64,000 bases of DNA from Leptolyngbyaceae cyanobacterium (GTDB lineage Bacteria > Cyanobacteriota > Cyanobacteriia > Phormidesmidales > Phormidesmidaceae), in NCBI GenBank assembly GCA_965263355.1, contig CBDHHL010000032.1, positions 928,001-992,000 of the forward strand, written 5' to 3'. The position numbers and the translations under genes are program-made. A model generated the notes under the pieces. The model was not told the origin of the DNA and did not search any database. It worked only from the letters and a program-made list of their open reading frames with translations. Of this stretch, positions 50,722-58,853 are shown piece by piece; the first letter of the stretch is position 1; each line of letters opens with the position of its first letter.

Positions 50722-53700
50722 ATCTACAGGCCATTACAACACAGCATTTTATCTCAGGCCCATCTACCTCACTTAGTTAGAAAGCTCAGGGTAAGGGATG
50801 AGTTTGCACCCATATGGGTTCTAGAGTAGCAGAGATAGCGATGCGATCGCACCAAAGCAATGCTGGCAATTTATCAAGTTTCTTGATATTGATATCTCCA
50901 CCTCCTGCTCAATCATGTAATCCTCATAAAGAAAATGCTGACTTGGAGGAAATGGCACAGGTAGCGCTGGCAAATGATGAAACAGTTGCATTGGCTGAAA
51001 TCAACTCAATTTGTCCTAGAGCATTGGTATACCAGACATTAGCTTCTTCTAAGATCGCATCAGTGGGCAAAACAGAAACTTTAGTTTGAGAATTGTTGAG
51101 AAAAGGAGTGAGGTCGCGGGTGTCAGTCCAGATGAGATCGCGACGCACCCCCTCAGTCGGGGCCACAGGCACTCCACCACGCCCTGTGACAACAAACTGA
51201 TTACGCCCGCCCGTACAGCCCTGAACAACCTGGTTACTGGCATCTGCTAAATTTTCAGGCAGTTCTACCAGTCCTGAATCTGGCTGTACATCAAAGTCAT
51301 TAATGGCAACCGTACCACTAAGACCAAACTTAGAACTTGCGGTAATGTCGTTATCGGGGGTGAGTTGTTCACGGAACACCAACCCAAACAGCCCCTGGGT
51401 CGTAATATCAATATTGCCACCACTGCCAAAAACCGCATTAGCAACAATGTCGCTGTTCTCTAAACCAACAATTACCGGAGCCGTTAAGGTAATATTCCCT
51501 CCTGTTGCCATACCAGTGGCACTGGTCACAATTTGACTATTCTGACGCAGCAATATCACTTCAGTTGCCGTAACTTCAAGATTTCCTTCACTACCGCCAG
51601 TTACCTGAGCTTGAAGAGTTCCATTGTTCAGAGAGAGTCTCTCAGTGGAAATCGATAAGTTACCAGCAGCGCCACCGTTGAGGCTATTGACTGACACAAC
51701 CCCCTGATCACGAATCGTAATCTGATTACCAATAAGATTAACCGAACCAGCATCGGCACTGGCATCGGCATTCGTTGTCGCACCAGACATAATTCCACTG
51801 CTAAACAGACCATCCGTAGATTGTCCCGAGACTTCAATTTCATCGGCACGAATCGTTACAGTCCCCGCATTACCGGCTCCATCCGTAGAGGCCGTAATTT
51901 GTCCACCATTATAAACACTTAAACGATTTGCCTCAATATCTAACGACCCACCATTGCCAGTTGAACCAGTGACAGCATTGGCCACTAAACCACTGACCGC
52001 ATCAACAAAATCTACAATTGGATCGGCCACTTCTATTTCATCGGCTCGAATAGTAATATTCCCTCCATTACCCTCTGCAAGGGTATTGACGGCAACTTTT
52101 CCTCCTGCCACAACGCTTAATCGAGGTGTGGTAATACTCAAGTTGCCAGCGTTTCCAGTCGAACCAGGTTCAGCACTGGAAAATAAACCACTGGATATAA
52201 CACCACCAATAAATGTATTAAATCCAGTAATTTCCACAAAATCTGTCGCCACCACCACTAAATCACCAGCGTTGCCGCCCGCCCCCTCAAACGGACCTGT
52301 TCCTACTTGGGCTCCATCACGTAGAACTAACGACCCAATATTAAATCGTAAATCACTACCATTTCCACTATCAAGTCCTATGCCCAAAACATCACCAGTC
52401 ACCCGCGCCGTACCCTGAGCGATTAAACGCTCAGCAGTAATTTCGATCCCGCCTCCTTGTCCGCTATCATAAGTATTTGCAGCAAGAACAGTTGCAGCTA
52501 TATTTCCATCGGGATCTCCCAACAGCAAAACATCGTTTGCACTGATAGTTATCCCCCCGCTAGCCCCTTGAGCAAGGGTATCGGTACTGACATAAGCTGA
52601 TTGACTAAGCAATAACTGATCTGCCTCAATCAGTAACTGATTACCTCGCCCCTCACCATAAACATCAACGAAGATGAAACTGGTATCGGGTGCCGGCATA
52701 TTTGTTCCAATCACCTCTAATTTTTCAGACGCTTGAATAGTCACTGTTTCACCATCGGCTGCCCCCAGATTAGAGGCTTCTAAAGCCGCATTATCAAGTA
52801 CCCTCACATTACGTCCCTGGACTTGGAATCTACCACCACCATCACCACTAACATCAGCATATGTTCCCTGGTCAAGGGTAACATCCTGAAAAGAAGTTGC
52901 ATTTGTGTAGTCCAACAAAAAAGTATCCGTCTCCAGAGCAACTTCACTTCCTGGGGCTACACTACCCAGAGATAACATTCCCGCAGGAGCGTTCAAGAAA
53001 CTGCCTGTAACCTGCAGCTCTCCCCCCAAGAACCCTAGAGACTCTCCTGGATTAACAACTAGGACTCCTTGATCAATATTAATCGGACTGGCAACAGCCC
53101 CAAACTGTAACCCTACTGGCACACTCACTGACAATAAAGGTGCACTCCCAGGATCGCGGCTGCTAAAACTCAGTCCATCATCGAATAAAACACTCTCCGC
53201 TGTACTGGCAAAAAATGATCCTGGCAACAACAAACTTGCATTAGCACCAAAAGTAATACCGTTGGGATTGATCAGAAATAAGTCTGGATTGTTTCCACCG
53301 GTTAACTCTAACTGCCCATCAATTAAAGAGAGATTTGCCCCCGTTACTCGACCAATAACGACATCCACAGCACTCTGAGTGCCATCTAGCTGAAACAGCA
53401 CATCGGCTGTACTGGGCGAAAATTCTTGAAAACTATGGAACAATGTTGTCAACTGCTGGCTACCGCCCGTGACGGTGAAGGGGCCATCGCCTGCAATGGT
53501 GGTACCCACTGTTCCATCCGCGACTACATTCTGAGCATAGCCAGGCAAAGCCAATGCCAAAATGCCGATTACCCCCAGCCACCCTATGGGCCAAGCAAAT
53601 CGTCTATTGCTCATATCTACAGGCCATTACAACACAGCATTTTATCTCAGGCCCATCTACCTCACTTAGTTAGAAAGCTCAGGGTAAGGGATGAGTTTGC

Positions 53701-53749
53701 ACCCATATGGGTTCTAGAGTAGCAGAGATAGCGATGCGATCGCACCAAA
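50290..53749. repeat. Direct repeat of about 570 bp (50290..50856 and 53183..53749, offset 2893) covering the tpsA 5' end and upstream region
   Basis: Near-identical nucleotide sequence; both copies end at GCGATCGCACCAAA. Confidence 0.9.
50924..53614 (-). CDS. TpsA / filamentous haemagglutinin N-terminal domain protein (copy 1)
   Basis: Same motifs as copy 2; about the first 143 aa are identical to copy 2. Confidence 0.92.
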   Translation of the reverse strand: MSNRRFAWPIGWLGVIGILALALPGYAQNVVADGTVGTTIAGDGPFTVTGGSQQLTTLFHSFQEFSPSTADVLFQLDGTQSAVDVVIGRVTGANLSLIDGQLELTGGNNPDLFLINPNGITFGANASLLLPGSFFASTAESVLFDDGLSFSSRDPGSAPLLSVSVPVGLQFGAVASPINIDQGVLVVNPGESLGFLGGELQVTGSFLNAPAGMLSLGSVAPGSEVALETDTFLLDYTNATSFQDVTLDQGTYADVSGDGGGRFQVQGRNVRVLDNAALEASNLGAADGETVTIQASEKLEVIGTNMPAPDTSFIFVDVYGEGRGNQLLIEADQLLLSQSAYVSTDTLAQGASGGITISANDVLLLGDPDGNIAATVLAANTYDSGQGGGIEITAERLIAQGTARVTGDVLGIGLDSGNGSDLRFNIGSLVLRDGAQVGTGPFEGAGGNAGDLVVVATDFVEITGFNTFIGGVISSGLFSSAEPGSTGNAGNLSITTPRLSVVAGGKVAVNTLAEGNGGNITIRADEIEVADPIVDFVDAVSGLVANAVTGSTGNGGSLDIEANRLSVYNGGQITASTDGAGNAGTVTIRADEIEVSGQSTDGLFSSGIMSGATTNADASADAGSVNLIGNQITIRDQGVVSVNSLNGGAAGNLSISTERLSLNNGTLQAQVTGGSEGNLEVTATEVILLRQNSQIVTSATGMATGGNITLTAPVIVGLENSDIVANAVFGSGGNIDITTQGLFGLVFREQLTPDNDITASSKFGLSGTVAINDFDVQPDSGLVELPENLADASNQVVQGCTGGRNQFVVTGRGGVPVAPTEGVRRDLIWTDTRDLTPFLNNSQTKVSVLPTDAILEEANVWYTNALGQIELISANATVSSFASATCAISSKSAFSL

Positions 53750-53775
53750 ACCGTTACCCTAGAATACGACGACTC

Positions 53776-54549
53776 ATGACAGCGCCCATGCCGGTCTCCC
53801 TGCTCACCCTCAAAGACATCGATAAGGTTTATCAAAACGGTACAGTCGCTTTACAGGGAGTCAATCTAAATATCAAACCGGGGGAGTTTATCAGCCTGGT
53901 GGGGCCATCGGGCTGCGGCAAAAGCACTATATTGCGTTTAGTGGCTGGGTTGGGCTCTCCCACTGACGGCATTATGCACTGGCAATGTCCCAGCGACCAG
54001 CGTCAGCTAGCCTATGTCTTCCAGGATCCAGCGCTGATGCCCTGGGCTAATGTTGTAGACAATATCTACTTACCCCTAAAGCTGATGGGACAGTCACGGC
54101 GATCTGTCCGGGCCAGCATTCAAGATGCCATTAACACCGTTAACCTCTGCGGCTTTGAACAAAGCTACCCCCGGCAGCTATCAGGCGGAATGAAAATGCG
54201 CGTATCCATTGCCCGAGCGCTGGTCACTAAACCTCAAATACTACTGATGGATGAACCCTTTGGTGCCTTGGATGAAATGACCCGCAGTCGTTTGAACAGT
54301 GACCTGCTACACCTATGGAAAGCAAAACACTGGACCGTCTTATTTGTTACCCACAACATTTATGAAGCCGTTTATCTCTCTACCCGAGTAATCGTTATGG
54401 CAGCCCATCCTGGCAGAACTGTGGCAGATATTCCCATTGAAGCAACCTATCCCAGAATAAATTCGTTCCGCACATCGTCACAGTTTAATCATTATTGTCG
54501 CGAAATTATGGCAGCCCTGTCAGAGGAGGAAGGTATTAGCCTGGGTTAG
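53776..54549 (+). CDS. NitT/TauT family ABC transporter ATP-binding protein
   Basis: GPSGCGKST, LSGGMKMR and LMDEPFGALD; start at MTAPMPV inferred. Confidence 0.92.
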   Translation: MTAPMPVSLLTLKDIDKVYQNGTVALQGVNLNIKPGEFISLVGPSGCGKSTILRLVAGLGSPTDGIMHWQCPSDQRQLAYVFQDPALMPWANVVDNIYLPLKLMGQSRRSVRASIQDAINTVNLCGFEQSYPRQLSGGMKMRVSIARALVTKPQILLMDEPFGALDEMTRSRLNSDLLHLWKAKHWTVLFVTHNIYEAVYLSTRVIVMAAHPGRTVADIPIEATYPRINSFRTSSQFNHYCREIMAALSEEEGISLG

Positions 54550-54563
54550 AAGCGCAGCAGCGC

Positions 54564-54593
54564 GTAGGTTGGGTTGAATTCATAAAACCCAAC
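54564..54593. repeat. GTAG-type REP-like palindrome
   Basis: GTAGGTTGGGTTgaattcataAAACCCAAC. Confidence 0.75.
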
Positions 54594-54686
54594 ATTATCC
54601 ATACAAGAAAAACGCAGATTAGACAGGTCATTAGAACCATAGGTGAGCATCCCCCATTATTCCAAAGAACAATCATAAAACAACAA

Positions 54687-55508
54687 TTGTCACAGGTATC
54701 ACAGGTGTTCAAGAACAGAAAATCAGAGGCAATTTGGAATTGGTTAGCCCCAGCCCTAGTGGGCCTAACCGCCATCATCGGTTGGGAGCTTTTCGTACGC
54801 ATCACCAATATCCCCCCCTATCTTTTGCCAGGTCCAGGGCTGGTGCTCAAAACCCTAGTAGAAGAATGGGGAGATTTATTACCATCGCTCTTAATCACCG
54901 TTCAAATTACGGTAACAGCTTTTTTAGCCGCTGTTGTATCAGGCCTGTTGATTGCAATTCTGTTTGCCCAAAGTAAGTGGATCGAGCGCAGTTTTTTCCC
55001 CTATGCAGTGATTTTACAAACAACACCGATTGTTGCGATCGCACCCCTGATCATCATTTGGTTTCAAAACAACACCTTTATGGCCCTAGTGGTATGTGCC
55101 TGGATTGTAGCCTTTTTTCCAATTGTCTCTAACACCACCCTGGGTCTTAACAGTGCCGATCACAATCTGCAAAACCTATTTGAAATCTATGGCGCATCTC
55201 GCTGGCAGACCCTAATTCATTTGCGATTGCCCAGTGCACTCCCCTACTTCCTAGGAGGACTGCGCATTAGCGGTGGTCTGGCCCTAATCGGGGCAGTTGT
55301 AGCAGAGTTTGTAGCCGGTACCGGCGGCACACGTGCCGGTATTGCTTATCAGATTCTAATTTCCAGCTTTAATCTCCAGATTCCTCGAATGTTCGCTGCA
55401 TTGCTGATGACGACAGTGTTAGGGGTAGCCATCTTTGTCGGGCTAACGGTATTGTCTGATCGGTTACTGGCCCATTGGCATGAGAGTGCCATTAGACGAG
55501 AAAATTAA
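54687..55508 (+). CDS. NitT/TauT family ABC transporter permease
   Basis: LQTTPIVAIAPL, GASRWQ..LRLPSALP and IGAVVAEF. Start uncertain. Confidence 0.9.
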   Translation: MSQVSQVFKNRKSEAIWNWLAPALVGLTAIIGWELFVRITNIPPYLLPGPGLVLKTLVEEWGDLLPSLLITVQITVTAFLAAVVSGLLIAILFAQSKWIERSFFPYAVILQTTPIVAIAPLIIIWFQNNTFMALVVCAWIVAFFPIVSNTTLGLNSADHNLQNLFEIYGASRWQTLIHLRLPSALPYFLGGLRISGGLALIGAVVAEFVAGTGGTRAGIAYQILISSFNLQIPRMFAALLMTTVLGVAIFVGLTVLSDRLLAHWHESAIRREN

Positions 55509-55521
55509 CTACAAGGAAATT

Positions 55522-56859
55522 ATGTCTGGATTTGTCAATGTGCCTGATACCGCGCACTACTGGTTAACCAATGGTCGGGTACCACTATGTTTATTAGACA
55601 ATGATTTAACCCTGGAACCCATTGCCTCCTTGCAGGCGTTTCCCCATCAGGAGGCATTGGTAGCGGTGGATATAAAGATTATGAAGGGGACGATTGCCAG
55701 CATCATGCCCGCTGGCCAAACGGACCTGGGGGATTTACCCAAGGTTGATTTGGGTCAAGGACTAATCTGGCCTTGCTTTATCGATATGCACACCCATCTC
55801 GATAAAGGCCATACCTGGCCACGGTGTCCTAACCCTGACGGGACCTTTAGGGGAGCCATAGAAACCGTACGCAACGACCATCGCAACTGGCAGCACGATG
55901 AGCTGTACCATCGCATGGAATTTGGACTCAAGAGCAGCTATGCCCATGGCACCCAAGCAATTCGTACCCATTTGGATAGCTTTGGTCCCTTAGGACGCAC
56001 TAACTTTGCAGTGTTCGATCAACTTCGACGTCAATGGACCGAAAAACTTCACCTGCAGGCTGTATGTCTGGTATCACTAGACTATTTCCTAACCCCAGAA
56101 GCAGAGTCCTTAGCCCAACTCGTAGCAGAATTCGATGGGGTATTAGGGGGAGTAGCCTACCTAAATGAAGCGCTCGTTTCTCAGCTAGATCAGGTCTTTA
56201 CCCTAGCCAAACGCTATGGGCTAGATCTCGATTTCCACACCGATGAAAGCCTTAATCCAGAAGATATTACCCTACGCTACGTAGCCGAAGCAGCACTGCG
56301 CCATAATTTTCAGGGTTCAATTACCTGTGGTCACTGCTGTAGTCTGTCCGTACAATCCCCTGAGGTCATTGAACACACTCTATCGCTGGTCAAGGCAGCA
56401 AATATCGGTGTTGTCAGTCTGCCTATGTGTAATCTTTATCTGCAGGATCGTCAACCTACGTACACTCCACGCTATCGAGGGGTGACTATTCTCCATGAAT
56501 TACATCAATACGGTATCCCAGTTGCACTAGCTAGCGATAACTGCCGCGATCCGTTCTATGCCTATGGCGATCACGATGGGTTAGATGTATTCAAACAATC
56601 GGTACGGATTGGTCATTTGGATCGCCCTTTTGACCATTGGCCCAAAAGTCTAACCAGCCGTCCTGCTCAACTAATGGGCCTAGCTGCCAATACAGGCACT
56701 CTGACAATTGGAAACTCGGCTAATCTGATTTGCTTTAAAGCTCGTACCTTAAATGAACTCGTGGCCAGGGCCCAAGAAAATCGAGTAGTTCTACGTCAAG
56801 GGATACAAATAAATACGACCTTACCGGACTACAGAGAGTTAGATAGCTGGATCAGCTGA
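55522..56859 (+). CDS. Cytosine/creatinine deaminase-like amidohydrolase
   Basis: DMHTHLDK, DFHTDES, GHCCSL and SDNCRDPFY; AAGGA RBS before the ATG at 55522. Confidence 0.88.
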   Translation: MSGFVNVPDTAHYWLTNGRVPLCLLDNDLTLEPIASLQAFPHQEALVAVDIKIMKGTIASIMPAGQTDLGDLPKVDLGQGLIWPCFIDMHTHLDKGHTWPRCPNPDGTFRGAIETVRNDHRNWQHDELYHRMEFGLKSSYAHGTQAIRTHLDSFGPLGRTNFAVFDQLRRQWTEKLHLQAVCLVSLDYFLTPEAESLAQLVAEFDGVLGGVAYLNEALVSQLDQVFTLAKRYGLDLDFHTDESLNPEDITLRYVAEAALRHNFQGSITCGHCCSLSVQSPEVIEHTLSLVKAANIGVVSLPMCNLYLQDRQPTYTPRYRGVTILHELHQYGIPVALASDNCRDPFYAYGDHDGLDVFKQSVRIGHLDRPFDHWPKSLTSRPAQLMGLAANTGTLTIGNSANLICFKARTLNELVARAQENRVVLRQGIQINTTLPDYRELDSWIS

Positions 56860-56874
56860 AATCCTAACAAAAAA

Positions 56875-57558
56875 TTACGGGCTCTCTGAAGTGACAGGGG
56901 CCACATCTAAGCGCCTTAAGGAAATTTCTGCAGCCTCTGACACTTGAGGATGGCTATCTTTAGCCAAATATCGCAGTGCCGAAACACCCTTATCACTGGG
57001 CATATTACCTAACGCCTCTGCCAGTCGCTGCCGTACTAGCCAATCTTCAGACTGCACAAAAGCCAGAATTTCAGTCAAGGCTGTCAGGTCGCCAATTTCA
57101 CCGAAGGCGGCAATGGCTGCCTGCTGCAGAATTACCTCTGGACTATGAAGTGCTTGAATTAACGCATCATGAGCACGGGAATCCTTGAGGTTACCCAAGG
57201 AAACAGCCGCACTAAAGCGCACTAACCAATCGGTATCTTCATAAAATGAACGAATCAGCGGCTCAAATGCCCGTGGATCCTCTAAATACCCCAAAGCACC
57301 CGCCGCATCAGCACGAATACCATAATCTGGGTCAGTTTCTAAAATTTTGACCAACAGAGGAAAGCTTTCTTTAGTTTGCTTCACACCCAAGGCAAAAATT
57401 GCCATGGAACGTACCTGTTGATTTTCATCATCTAGGACTAACTTAATCAGCTCTAAGGCATCAGACCCCGGCACGTCTCGCAGAGCGGCCAGTGATAATT
57501 TTTTTTCTTTGAGATCACCGGTTCTAAGTTTCTCAGCAAGGACGACCAAGTCAATCAT
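56875..57558 (-). CDS. HEAT-repeat PBS-lyase-like protein (NblB-like)
   Basis: DPDYGIRADAAGALG, DTDWLVRFSAAVSLG and DWLVRQRLAEALG. Confidence 0.85.
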   Translation of the reverse strand: MIDLVVLAEKLRTGDLKEKKLSLAALRDVPGSDALELIKLVLDDENQQVRSMAIFALGVKQTKESFPLLVKILETDPDYGIRADAAGALGYLEDPRAFEPLIRSFYEDTDWLVRFSAAVSLGNLKDSRAHDALIQALHSPEVILQQAAIAAFGEIGDLTALTEILAFVQSEDWLVRQRLAEALGNMPSDKGVSALRYLAKDSHPQVSEAAEISLRRLDVAPVTSESP

Positions 57559-58069
57559 GGGCTCAAGAATAGGAATTATATAGAAATTATAGTTAGGACT
57601 ATCGACAGATATACAGACAAATACTGGATTCCATCATAGTTTACAGGGCAGGGGGAATGGCCCAATAAATTCCGATCCCCATTTCAGTGAAATGTGCGGA
57701 ATTCCGAACGGCGTGTTTGAAGGAATTACTCTGGGAAGGCTAAATAACATCTCAAAGCAACTGCTTACTCAGGCATTTCCCAATATCCACAACCTTAGTT
57801 AAAGGGTTCCATAGTCCAATGGCTTATTTATCTCCAAATAAACGACAAACTCGCCGCAACCGCCATCGATATACCCCCGCACCTAACGGTAAACCTAGAC
57901 GCACTCGTTCTGGCGGTAGTCGTTAAAACGTCTAGCAAAAATTTCTGTTTTTGTTAACGTTAGTTTGGTGTGAGAGTTGTTATAGCTAAAGGTATGAATA
58001 GGCCCTTAGCGTATTGACTCGTGACGGTCTTTTCACCAGATAAACTAACAACCTACCCTGAGGCTATCC

Positions 58070-58456
58070 ATGACTACCAGTAATGTTCTGCAGTTTATGC
58101 AGAAGACTGCCAACAACACCACGCTGCAGAAGCGACTTGAGCAACTGCTTGGCTGTGGCGATGGCGACATTAGTTCCAGTGTAAATCTTGATCCCGAAGA
58201 ATCCCTGGCCTTAAGCCAGCGTGCACCCAAAGTAATCGAATTGGCTGCATCCCTGGGCTATGAGTTTTCTAACGATGAACTGCTATCTGTGATTGATGCT
58301 TTTCAGCAACATCAAAATGGCACTATTTCGGATCAAACCTTTGCCGATCTCGTTGGGATCGCATCAGACGAAGGCGTACGTCCTGCCGTAAGAAATAACT
58401 TCAAACGTCTTGCCAATTATTTGTCTAAGACCTATTTAGGCGTACGTCTGTCTTAG
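58070..58456 (+). CDS. Nif11-like domain protein
   Basis: NVLQFMQK..N..LQ..L and VIELAASLGYEFSNDEL match the Nif11 pattern, with an insertion. Confidence 0.65.
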   Translation: MTTSNVLQFMQKTANNTTLQKRLEQLLGCGDGDISSSVNLDPEESLALSQRAPKVIELAASLGYEFSNDELLSVIDAFQQHQNGTISDQTFADLVGIASDEGVRPAVRNNFKRLANYLSKTYLGVRLS

Positions 58457-58494
58457 AAAAAGGGCTTCTAGCAACAAAGCAAATAGTTCTTAAT

Positions 58495-58533
58495 AACCTG
58501 GGGTTTCAAATTGTTTTTTTGAAACCCCAAGTT
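58495..58533 (+). terminator. Inverted-repeat terminator
   Basis: TGGGGTTTCAAA...TTTGAAACCCCA. Confidence 0.7.
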
Positions 58534-58853
58534 TCTTTAAAGAGATTACACAACAATGATCCCCGCATATATCTCCGAGTAATCTCTGGTCATCCCCAGG
58601 GATATTTTTTTTACGTAACGCCGCTTTGAGAAACGTAACAGCTCTGGATAAGAAAGTCTAAGTCCGTTAAAGTGTCATTGGACTATCTATGGGTCCTGGT
58701 ATAACAAAACAATAGGCAGTTACTCTAGCTGGTGCCTCTGATAAGTTTGTGTAGGCTAACGTTCTAAGTCTGACCACTGTGAATGAAGGTGAATTTCAGT
58801 GGCAGTTTATCGCCTTTCTCCTTAAATCTTTTCTATAGTGCAGGTCACATAAC

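Noticed and set aside
50814..51089. ORF starting MGSRVAEIAMRSHQ, like the ORF at 53707; also the twin ORFs at 50533 and 53426
   Set aside because: By-products of the duplicated tpsA upstream region; the ABC ATPase more likely starts at 53776.
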